This document shows positions 11,201-20,510 of a DNA stretch of 36,486 bases, piece by piece. Where the stretch lies: assembly GCA_965644315.1 (NCBI GenBank), contig CBFFRQ010000012.1, positions 1 to 36,486 on the forward strand. The letters are read 5' to 3'. The notes beneath the pieces were generated by a model that did no database searches, was not told the DNA's origin, and saw only the letters and a list, made by a program, of their open reading frames with translations. How positions within the stretch are numbered: position 1 is the first letter of the stretch; every line of letters begins with the position of its first letter. Position numbers and translations under genes: made by a program. Origin of the DNA: Caecitellus pseudoparvulus. Its lineage: Eukaryota; Protista; Bigyra: Bicosoecida.

Positions 11201-12302
11201 TGGGCTGGGCATTGTATTCGTCTGGCGATTTCTCGTGCCCTTGATTTGGCAGGCTGACGGCTCCAGCACTCTCAACTGTACACTTTGTCGCAGGAATGGG
11301 GAAGCTCCACCCGCAGATGACGCCCACGCCACAGTCACGGCCAGCACATCAGGGCCTCAAGGCGCACGCCAGAGTGCACCCCAGGCGGGTCGTGAGACGC
11401 GCGTGTCGAACCCCATGCGGACCCGAAGTCGAGCTTCCAGTGTGCAGCGAGCGTTGCGGGGACCAGCTGCGAGCATCAGGGCACAAGCCCGCACTTCCCC
11501 CCGCGAAGGCATTGTGGTGTCGTTCCTCGTCATGTGCTTTGTGCTGCACTTGGGGTTGACTCGATCCGCCCTGAGCTTGTTCACGTGCAGAATGATTGGA
11601 GGGCGAGCTTTTCTGGTGGGGGATGTGCAGATCTCCTGCGATGATCCACAGCACCAGGCGTGGATGTATGGGATTGGACTCCCTGCTTTCGTCTTGTATG
11701 GTTGCGGCATCACGGCAGCATCATTGATCTTGCTCTGGATCCATAGGGCCACGTTGGAGACCCCTGCGACACGGCAGGTATACGGCTTTCTTTATGCCGC
11801 GTACGCCCCAGGTCGGTACTTCTGGGAAGCTGCAGTGCAAGGCCGAAAGGTTGCCCTTGCGTGCATTTCAGTGCTGCTTGCACCTGCAGGCATTGGCGCC
11901 CAGGCGCACTTTGGCATACTTCTCATGGTCGGAGCCCTTGCAGCGCATGCAAGCTTGAGCCCGTACCGCCTCGCGCTGGTGAATCACTCCGAAACTGCCA
12001 GTCTTCTGGTTACCATCTCCACCCTGGCCGCGGGAGTAAGCCTGCTTGACCAAGGCACTTCAGCGGCCATGCACACGGTGGCGACTTGGTCCGTCATCCT
12101 CATGAATGTGGTCTTTATCGTAGTAGCAGCAGGCTTGGTGGCGCATTCGCTGCTGTCGTCCGCAGCAATCAAGGTACACATCGTCAGGTTACAGCGAAGC
12201 CTGTCAAAGGTAAGGGTCCCAGGAATGGCTAAGAAACAAGCTCGACAGGGAAAGTTGCATCCAATCACGGACGTTGTCTCAGTGACTCGTGTTCCCTTGT
12301 AG
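8247..12302 (+). CDS. Large membrane protein: IPT/TIG repeats, Cys-rich region, C-terminal multi-pass TM domain; N-terminus missing or displaced
   Basis: IPT-like units (ITIRGSGIG, LEVLGIGF, LTVTGSGFG...FSY), Cys-rich CRPCPQGAVC and C..RTGPLCAACAEGY, about 9 hydrophobic segments and YGFLYAAY...YFWE...RK, typical of protist Cys-rich multi-TM families. The first ~46 aa of the ORF-track protein are just translated C-rich repeat. Confidence 0.8.
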   Translation, partial: APLFLQATPPAVQVGHASSNNTVNVTLQGRYLGHNASAVSSLFIAGQGCPGLVWNRPTPHVWSLTCVGLPVAGLSTSAPPIAITAFGESFTQLDVLKIVPPPDMSPLRIISSGPGSTEHEQAITIRGSGIGAVGSDVLHVEVSDWGACHSVFWVDSSEVSCMAPAGAGNAEPVRVFLAGGHVLHGQFQYAAPSVHSIWPNTLLPWKANHPGGIVTMQLCTDGTRWSPPGRLLTASDVAIQVAGAPCVFQAQLNATCLSCWVDTAAVVPGAASSVYVRCAQASFAPGVGVQVLSLPQVSAVVPPLVSAAGGQVLEVLGIGFCRNSSGDVESVRIGSQAAAVRSCTSTSVSVTVPRPPASVQTASVSITLVSGHSAFLQDALQFSHPEVLTVLGGLVQPAPQGGQQIRNVSVTGLALDDGPRSLARLLFGSAPGLSCAQAGGELVFTSTRSLECRGFHTAALAPLASGRMADTTITIQTAQNLTAKSSLGTLRIMGPPRISELSSSSAAVNDTLTVTGSGFGLTHSDIAAVRIGARQVTTFTRGSDSIVTLRVPEPASDELADVFSLDIAISLASGHTAVLPRSFSYTLAPRAPVSAPTAVCPYRDEAGAARVAFNWIDDAATLLSPVGAWHVSFGVILHGGLISRVNASTRLVSLAGGAAGDILRNVDTPRVCRGLTEQPSALDFSVRVADAPAQPFWVAVAAGVLGESAGRVLRGPLSTQVGPLLPACGAAEYLATYELGEGRWPQVTCRPCPQGAVCNGAEWERVLAASGWFRIPWREPDISFEACVSEDVCPGESQSPVQVPSRHYTSSAFQALPGLGAAALNTTAAGNSSSVFSSHLQSSCEASRTGPLCAACAEGYTGQGDGSQPCTRCAPTWLNWLGVVGGVTVAGVLVAALTRSALASGGAPTKAHVALNKVLLTHLQQVGIAAAFPLAWPSELRGMFSVFDAASSVGDALISVDCLGLDSTSAFRGTQILTLLLPVVLGLGIVFVWRFLVPLIWQADGSSTLNCTLCRRNGEAPPADDAHATVTASTSGPQGARQSAPQAGRETRVSNPMRTRSRASSVQRALRGPAASIRAQARTSPREGIVVSFLVMCFVLHLGLTRSALSLFTCRMIGGRAFLVGDVQISCDDPQHQAWMYGIGLPAFVLYGCGITAASLILLWIHRATLETPATRQVYGFLYAAYAPGRYFWEAAVQGRKVALACISVLLAPAGIGAQAHFGILLMVGALAAHASLSPYRLALVNHSETASLLVTISTLAAGVSLLDQGTSAAMHTVATWSVILMNVVFIVVAAGLVAHSLLSSAAIKVHIVRLQRSLSKVRVPGMAKKQARQGKLHPITDVVSVTRVPL

Positions 12303-12960
12303 CAGCAAGGATTCACGGAGTGCTTTGATCTCATGAGAAAGAGAACCGCACTGGTTGCTGCCTGCAACGTATACTTCTCACACACATTGTCACGTACTGT
12401 TCAGACAAGGTAGCCGTCCTTAGCGTGCAAAATTCAAAATGAAACAGATGGAGCACGTGAATGTGATTAGGGTCAGTATCACAGCAAGGTTCCTGTGCTG
12501 CGAGTTCGCTGTTTGGGGGGCTGGCGCCAGTGGCTACCTTGGTAGACATGTGGTCACTCTCCCCCACACTCCAGATATGGCCAGCAGGATATGGTTCCAA
12601 TGATGAGGAGACAGTCGAAGCTGGGGCTGCATGTGGGCCAAAGATAGTATGTCATTCTATTTTCTCTGACAGCATGCAAGATGAGGCGGCCTGAGGGCCT
12701 CCTGAGTGCCACAAAGCTTGATGCCACAACGCGCGGAAATTGCTGAGTGTCCGATCGGTGTACTCAGTGCAGGCTCTGGATCAAAATTGCATCGTTTGGG
12801 CATAGGGTGCAACAGCTAGTCGAGTAAGTGTAATCAAACAATCCTTATGGGTGGCTCAATGTGTGCTTGTTTTCGTAGCAGCGGTTGCAGTGCGATCGTT
12901 GCTAGCGGCGTGGTGGGCGGAGGTTCAAGTTCCGCACTTGCTCTCAACAGTAGATAGCTC

Positions 12961-15042
12961 ATGGAAGGCGACGTCATGACGCTGCATGAACTTGCACAGT
13001 GTGGTAATATTGTAGGTGTGCGGTTGAAGCTTGAGACAGGGGCTGATGTGAACGCGGCAGACAAAAACGGCAAAACCCCACTGCACGAAGCCAGTAGGTG
13101 GAGCAACGCGGAGCTGGTGCAGGTGTTGGTGGGGGCGGGGGCCGACGTGAAGGCGGTCGACAAGGATGGGAACACGCCACTGCTGTTCGCCAGTTTTCAA
13201 GGTGCGGTTGAGGTGGTGCAGGTATTGGTGGGGGCGGGTGCAGAGGTGAGTGCTGCTAGCAAGGATGGCAACACTCCCCTGCAGTTCTCCAGCTGGCGCG
13301 GTTGGGTGGAGGTAGTGCGAGTGCTGTTGGTGGCGGGTGCAGATGTGAGTGCTGTGGACAAGGATGGCGTGTCTCCACTTCATGAGGCCAGCAAGGAAGG
13401 ACATAAGGAGGTGATGCAAGTGCTTCTAGAGGAGGGTGCTGACCCGAACGTCACCGATGTCGGCGGCAACACCCCTCTACACGCCCTCATGGCTGCAAGC
13501 AGGCTTGATCCGAGTGTGCGCCGTGCGGGTATCGCGATGCTGAAGAAGGCTGGGGCCGACGCCAGCCTGCGCAATACCGCCGGTCTGACCCCCGACCAAG
13601 TGGCTGAGCGTTTCTCTCTGGATACCAAGAAGGCCCTGGTACCAACCGTTCATGTCACGACGACTGTATTGTTCTGGGCCCTGCTTGGGGCCGCCCTGCA
13701 CTATTTCGACATTGTATCAGACGCCCAGGTGGCGGCGGCGTTCTGGGTTGAGCAGAACTATGTGTTCTTCTCGCTAGTTGTGGCGAGTGCGGGAATGAGC
13801 AGCGTGTACATGCTGTACGTGCTGGTGGGGGACTGTTTGCAGAATGAGTCGCCCACAGTGATGCAGCGGCTGAGCCCGCTGATCGGGCTGCTGCAGCTCA
13901 TCCCAGCAGTGGAGGCATGTCGTCTGGTGGCTTCGTGGGGAGGGGAGGCTCCAGACTACGACGCTTCTACTGAAGATTTGCGTGTAGTGGAGGTTGCGGT
14001 GGAGGCTGTGCCTCAGCTGGCGCTGCAGCTGTACATTCTCGGTCTGCTGGTGGAGGAGGGCGGTGTGGGGCGTCTGGGTGTGCTCCTGGTGATGAGTGTC
14101 GCAGGATCGGTAGGAAGCATGGTGTACCAGTACGCAGGGGTGACCGACCGCCCACAGATGGGCATGACAGTGCCGGTGTGGGTGCGTATCGTGTTGGGCG
14201 TGTGTCGGGTGTGCATGCTGCTGGGTAGACTGGTGTTTCTGGTGGCCCTGGGCCTTGCGACACGGGCTTGGGGAGGGGTGTTTGTGTATTTGTGGATGGA
14301 GACGTGGGTTGTGGTTACAGTGATCGAGTGGCACACGTGGTCGTGCTGGCCGACCGGGACGTGGAGAATTGCTGTTTTTGCGGGCGAAGGGCGTGAGGGC
14401 TGCCGTGAGGGTGCGAAGATGCTGTGTCTTATGTCTCCCTGCTGCTCTTGTCTGCTTTTTGTCCGGCCGCACATCAGGACGTTGCTGAAGAGCATCCTGA
14501 CTTGGAGTGCCTCCCTCATGGTGCCGTCCGGCGAGGATCCGCGAGAGGTTTCAGATGATCCGTGGACGTTTGTATCAGATACTGACGTAGCGTGGTCCCA
14601 GCACCCCAATGTGCTGCACCGCATCGTTGCGTCAGTGAGAGGAATAATGGGAGTTGTGATTCTCGTGGCATTGGCCATCGTGGTAGCCGCGGGGGAGAGC
14701 AGCTTCAACTGGGTGTGGCCGGCAGCGTGTGCTCTGGGTGTGTGGGGCATGGGTACGAGCGGGGCACTGGTCATGTCGTACTTCGTGCTGGGTGAGGCGC
14801 TTCAACGGGAAACGACTGACCCCACGCAGCAAAGCCAGCCCGACGCTGGTCAGGGCGCCCCCCCTTCTCCCACATCCTCTGCTTCTCCAACAGCTGTAAG
14901 GGGAAGTAGGGACAAGGTGCACACCATGGGACCATCGGCCAAGATTCACATCGGGGGGCAGCCATCTACCATTGATGTAAACTCACTTCGAGAGGTGAAG
15001 GTGGTGGGGTCGCCTTCGGCCACAGCTGCAGGGCTTGAGTAG
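12961..15042 (+). CDS. Ankyrin-repeat protein fused to an XK-related (Xkr scramblase-like) multi-TM domain
   Basis: About 6 ankyrin repeats (ADVNAADKNGKTPLHEA etc., 99-bp periodicity), then HYFDIVSD and EVAVEAVPQLALQLY, matching the XK-family DxxxD and ExxPQ motifs, with multiple TM helices. Confidence 0.82.
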   Translation: MEGDVMTLHELAQCGNIVGVRLKLETGADVNAADKNGKTPLHEASRWSNAELVQVLVGAGADVKAVDKDGNTPLLFASFQGAVEVVQVLVGAGAEVSAASKDGNTPLQFSSWRGWVEVVRVLLVAGADVSAVDKDGVSPLHEASKEGHKEVMQVLLEEGADPNVTDVGGNTPLHALMAASRLDPSVRRAGIAMLKKAGADASLRNTAGLTPDQVAERFSLDTKKALVPTVHVTTTVLFWALLGAALHYFDIVSDAQVAAAFWVEQNYVFFSLVVASAGMSSVYMLYVLVGDCLQNESPTVMQRLSPLIGLLQLIPAVEACRLVASWGGEAPDYDASTEDLRVVEVAVEAVPQLALQLYILGLLVEEGGVGRLGVLLVMSVAGSVGSMVYQYAGVTDRPQMGMTVPVWVRIVLGVCRVCMLLGRLVFLVALGLATRAWGGVFVYLWMETWVVVTVIEWHTWSCWPTGTWRIAVFAGEGREGCREGAKMLCLMSPCCSCLLFVRPHIRTLLKSILTWSASLMVPSGEDPREVSDDPWTFVSDTDVAWSQHPNVLHRIVASVRGIMGVVILVALAIVVAAGESSFNWVWPAACALGVWGMGTSGALVMSYFVLGEALQRETTDPTQQSQPDAGQGAPPSPTSSASPTAVRGSRDKVHTMGPSAKIHIGGQPSTIDVNSLREVKVVGSPSATAAGLE

Positions 15043-15130
15043 TGAATTGTCAGCCTCTACTCTTCAACCACGCTCCCCTCAAACTTGCATATTGAGGAAA
15101 GTCGGCCAAAGAGGCTTGCACCCGCTGCAG

Positions 15131-17286
15131 TCGCTACGGGGCATGTCCAACCGCACGATGGAGAAGTACTTTGGCGTGAATGGCGCTTCTGTGCGCTTGT
15201 TGTCCAGGGCTGTGTGGGGCGCCAACCCGGCCTTTGTCCTGCCAGAGGTGGACCGCGTCCTCATCGGCTTCTTCTCCCTCATGCAGGGCGACGTTGCGAC
15301 AGGCCTCTGCCGCATCCTTGGCATTCCCCGCGTCATGCTGACACAAAACACCGTGCAGCTCACCCTGCTGCACAACGAAAGCATCCGGAACTCCCTCATC
15401 CGCGTCCTTCTGCGACGCCTGCCCAAGCCGGCCGCCGAGGCCATCGTGCAGCGCGTCAGGGAGGTGTCCCAAGGAGGCCAAGAGCTGCCCCCGGCTTGAC
15501 CAGCTTCAAGGAGGTGAAGTTGTTGCAGAGCGTGTCTCCATCTTCCATCGAGTCTGCCATGGGCCTGCTGGGGCCAGTGGACAAGGTGCAGGCGGTCCTG
15601 CAGCGTGACACGTCAGGCAAGGCGGCCCGGTCCCGCAAGGGGCAGGTGTCGCAGGCTGCACAGGCCTCAATGGCGGTGGTCAAGTTCGCCGCGTCACAAG
15701 TCTCTCATGGCATCGCGACGTCTGTGGCAGCGCCTCTGGCTGCGCTGAGTGCGTCTGCCAGCGCAGCAGCGGGCCAGGCGCAAGACGCCGCCAGCAGCAT
15801 GGTGGGCGGCGCCAACTTATCTTCCCTGCTCAGTGCAGACATCATGGGCGCGCGGGACTCTGCTCTGGGAGCTGTGGGCAGTGCGGCAGGGGCTATTTCA
15901 GGCGGCATTTCCCAGGCACAGGGCGCCCTCTCATCCCTGGGCATGGTGACGGACTTCCTGTCGCAGGGCAGTGGCGACGAGATCTTCGCCAAGCGCCTGC
16001 GCGACCCCAAGTTCCTGGCCGTCACGCTGGGTGGCATCCTCCTGCGCGGCAACCCTGGTGAGCTCCTCACCACCATCCCCGTCTTCGTGCAGGCACTGGT
16101 GCAGAACGAGCCCAAGCTCGTGGCTGCCCTCGGCGTCATCCAGCACTTCATCGCGCTCGTGCAGGCCCGCCTGCGTGCCCTGGAAGACGTCTCCAATGCC
16201 GCTGCGTCACAGGCTGAGTCCGTCATTGGCTCAGCTGCCTCTGTCGCGTCCCGAGCACAAACGGCAGGACAGAGTGGGGCGGCGGCTGCGGCGGCCGTGT
16301 CTGCAGCGGGCTCCACCAGCGGCAGCTCTGCAAAGAAGGCGCTGGCAGTGAGCAAGGCGGTGGCGGAGGAGCTGGGGAAGCGGCAAGAGCATATCATGCA
16401 GCTGCTGGAGAGCGTGGTGCCGGTGGAGCAGCACGGCGCCCTGGCCATCGTGGACGCCATCCTGTCCCTGTTGCGCAGGGACATCTCCGGTGTGCGCAAG
16501 CTGGCCCTGCAGTTCGGCGGCTTCAACAAGGACCGCCTGGAGACCATAATCAACACCATCACGGGCCTCGTGGAGCAGCTGCAGCGGGCTGGAGTCGACA
16601 CCTCATCTCCCGGCGCAGCTGCCTCTGCCGTCACTGCCGCGGCAACTGCAGCGGCCAAGGTGGCCCTGGACGCTGCCAAGGACAAGGCCAAGGCGGCCAT
16701 GGACAGCGTCATCGCGGGCGCCAAGACCAAGCTCGCCAACAAGTTCGCCTCCCTGCCCCTCGTCAACTGGCGCCTGTCCGACCAAGCCATCGACCTGCTG
16801 TACGACGCCTTTGACACGGACGGCGGCGGCATCTCCTTCGACGAGTTCGTGGACTTCACTGCCAATGCGTCGCTGCCCCTGACCAACGAGCGGGCCAAGC
16901 GCATCTTCGCGTCGCTGGACGTCATCGAGTCGGACAACGTGCTGGACCGCCAGGAGTTCAAGGCGGGCATCCACATCCTGCTGCGGGAAATCACCGAAGC
17001 AGCCCTCTCAGCCATGGGCCTCTCGTGGGACGTCTTGCTGTACAGCCTCATGGTACTTGTGGTCTTGCTCGTCATCATGCTCGTCTTCATCCTGCTGGGC
17101 GTGCAGGCCATGTCGGGCGGCAGCACCTTTGGCGCAGTGGTCAACTTCGCCATGCCCCTGGCCGGCGGCCTCGGCCTGGCTGCCGGAACAGACCCTTCTC
17201 AAGTGGCGAAGCAGCTCAGGGAAAAGGCCACTGCACTCAAGCAGCGCATCACCGACGCCATTAAGAACCTGCAACCCAAAGACTGA
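15131..17286 (+). pseudogene. EF-hand pair + C-terminal TM protein; one frameshift near 15470-15499, 5' part absent or spliced
   Basis: EF-hand loops DTDGGGISFDEF and DVIESDNVLDRQEF, Ala-rich helical body, two hydrophobic C-terminal segments. Coding switches from ORF 15035-15499 to ORF 15085-17286. A CTGCAG acceptor-like site ends at 15130. Confidence 0.65.
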
Positions 17287-17906
17287 GATGTGTCGAGTTT
17301 GCTCAGTGGCTACGTTGCGAAGCTGATGTGCGGGTAGGCTGACGTTGTGCACTTGGTGAGCTGTGTGAAGGCAATGCACATTGAATACAGATGGCTGCTC
17401 GGCGCATTGTGGGTGGATGAGGTCAGGGTGGGCGTACTGAGACTGCTGAGTTTCCGGAGCTGCTTGCTGTGGCTCGAGTGTGCCGCTTGCACGGCCTGGC
17501 GGGGAGTATGAGCAGGTGTGCAGTATGGCGACGGGCTGGGGTGGTGTAGTAGCTTTGGTTGAAGCGATCTGGTGTGCTGCTGCGCCAGGCCTTGCAGGAA
17601 GTGTGGAGCGCCAGCTGTGGGTGTTTGGCGTGGCCAGCAGCTGGGCGAAGCAGTGACAGCGCCAGCGCATACACGAGGCGCTCTGCAATTTAAACCTGCA
17701 GAAAGTCGCTCAAGTGGATGAAAGGGGTGGGGTGAATATACTCAACTGTGGGCGGATTGTTGCAGCAAAGCCTGCAGCGCACACGGGACAGCTGTAGCGC
17801 GTGCGGAGTTGCGGAATCTGCTTGCTGGACCACTGTGGATGGACAGCCGCATGGAGTAGCGCCAGAGGAGGGATGGCAAGCACCGTTCGGAGGTACAGGC
17901 TCTTTC

Positions 17907-19220
17907 ATGCCGTTGGAGCCAATGATGCCGATTGACCTGACCAGCCCTTTCATGCCGGGAGGTGGACAAGGAGGTGGCAGAGGCGGAGCCAAACGCCTGG
18001 CTGCTTGTTGAGACGGAAGGGTGCAGGAAGTCCGGGATGTCCTGGCGCTGGAAGGTGACAGTGTGGTGAATGTGTATGTTGGCGGCCTGTGTGGGCGAGA
18101 GGTCTGATTTCAGGGGGCATGTGGGCGTGGTCACGTCGACATCGTGCGCGAACTCGTAGTTCTGACTGGTCCGCGGGCCGTGGATGTGCACGCAGGGGAC
18201 TGGCTTGGGCCCGAAGGAGGGTTCCGGGGTGCGTGCAAGAATGGCCGCTTGGAAGTGGTCCGCGAGCTCCTTGCTTTGGAGGGTGACTGAGCAGTGGATT
18301 CGCATGCCGGGCAAAGGGGTGTGTCTGAGGCTGGCTTCCACGAAGCGTGTGCATTTGGCCATGTGGAAACCGTGCGAGAACTCCTGGCTCTGACTGGGCA
18401 GCGGGCTGTGAATGTGAACGTGGGCAACGGGGTTGCCTTCTGCTTTGCCTTCCAAGGTGTCAATGTGGGTGTCTTGCGAGAGCTGCTGGCGCTGACTGGC
18501 AGCCGCACCATTCCACTGCAGGTCAGGCTTGATGCCGGGCCTGCTGTTGTCCAGGCTGGCAAAGATGCCGTATGGGACGGCACAAGCACTCGACAGGGGC
18601 GCAGAGCCGCAGTGCTTCTGCGGGCAGTGTAGAGCCTTTGGTCGCTGGAGGGCGAGCGGGTAGTGGACGTGCACACAGCAGACCTCCATGGGCCTGAGGC
18701 CAGGATTCGACTCTCACGCTAGCATGGACACCTGGCGTGGTGGTGACACTTTTGAGCTTGCGTGGTGGCCGGGCAGCTGACGAACACGCGAGAGGTGGAT
18801 CCAGGTGTGAAGCTGCTTTCAGGCTGGCATGTGGATGTGTTGTGGGAGCTTCTCGCACTTTGAGGGGCCGAGCTGTGGACGCACACGCAAGTGATGGGAA
18901 AGAATCTGGGGCCGGGCTTGTGAAGATGTGCCATGGCAACCATGTGGGCGCCCTTTATGAGCTGCTTGGGCTGGTTGACGAGCAGACTTGCAGCGTATAT
19001 GCGCGGGGAGAGTTCGGCGATCGATGGGCATTTCAGAATGGCTCGTTTCTGCTGCTCAGGGGATGTTCTTTCTTACAGGCCTTTGCGCTGTTGAAAGTGC
19101 TGGGGATGCAGGCGGGCTTGACTATGGTTTTGTCTGGGCCAGCTCAAACGGCCATTTGGGCTTGGTTCGGGAACTTCTTGCCTTGAGTAATGGTCGAAGT
19201 GAGGACGTGCGGGTCTGAGA
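17907..19220 (+). pseudogene. Degenerate ankyrin-like repeat gene
   Basis: Repeated units across frames, with stops: AC*DGRVQEVRDVLALEGD, ACKNGRLEVVRELLALEGD*AVD, ACAFGHVETVRELLALTGQRAVNV, ASSNGHLGLVRELLALSNGRSEDV. Confidence 0.72.
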
Positions 19221-20510
19221 TGAAGCTAACTTTCGACTGGCACGCAATTAAGGTTGTGTTGCGGTTGGAGGTGGCTCTTGGGCCTGGGTGGGGCTCGAGC
19301 AGTTGCACGTCAGGCTTGGCTTGCGACAGGGGACAACGAGGCGGAGGCAGCCAAGGACGCTGCCTGGGGCGCCTCGAGCACTCGCCACGGACGAACGTCG
19401 ACGGAGCTGTACAGAGCGTAGGTTGCCACTGCATAGGTGTGCACACTGCACTTGTGGGGGTGCTTCTCTGGCTGCTGTATGCAGGTTGAATTGGAGGCTT
19501 GGCTTCGTTCGCTGCCACCCGCTGCACCTGGATGGGCCGGGCTTCGCAAAGGTGGGGCTGGATTCAGGCCGAAGGCTGTAAGTAGGGCGTGGTTTGGGGC
19601 GTCAAGTGGCTTGAGGTGCGATTTCGAAGCCTTGCCACAGCCTGCATGGGCGCCTGCATTCTACCTTGATCACCTCACCCACGCTCGACACAGGGTACTC
19701 TCGGCCAGCTGCTGCGGAGACACCAAGGCTAAGGCACACGGCGTGGGAAAGGTCAAACTTCAAGCAGCTTTCTGCAGCCTCAGTCGTGGTCATGATACTT
19801 GCGGGAGCAAAGGCAGGCCTTGGTGTGCAGTGCGCTTGGACGAGCGACTGGTGCAGGTGGAGGTCACAGCACATGCATCTCAGGCGCTGTGGAGGTGCTT
19901 GGGGGCTGAGGCGTGGACAGGGCAACTGCCGTCCACTACGTCCAGCCTGTGCGTGCCTACGAGGAGCAGAGTATAAAGAACATAGAAGTGTATTGCGAAA
20001 TGCACTTTAGTAGGAGACCCGTTGCTCTCTGCGTGACTTTCCAGCCCAAAATTGTTAGCGTCTTGCAGCGACTGTTCATGGAGATTTGCCACAATTCACT
20101 GTTTCATGTACCCAACGGAATCTCTCCGACATGCAGTTCCCCAGTCTCTCCAGGAGCACCACCCGTCCAGCCAGAAGCGCCCTGTGCCGGAGTGGCCTCG
20201 CGTTTCGCACCACCAACACCAACCCTTGCCATGCAGCTGAGCATTATGGCCGCCTCTTCATGGCAGGGTGAAGTTCCCCGGTGCTGGGGGGCGAGGTGGA
20301 GGTAGACATGTGAAGCGTATTCGTCGCATGTGTACTGCCTGCACCGTGCTCCAGGCCTTTCAACAAGCGGCTTGTGATTGTCCGCCGTTCAGGATGAAAC
20401 TCCCTTCACGCCACCCAACACAAGGCCAGCCCTGCTCCAGCGCCCAGCGCTGCAGCTGGTTGCCCCCTTGCTGACGAGAGGCATATTAGAAATTCCACCC
20501 TTCTGCACCT

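Noticed and set aside
15705-17153. 482-aa minus-strand ORF and many similar antisense ORFs
   Set aside because: Shadows of GC-rich coding sequence on the opposite strand; no motifs.
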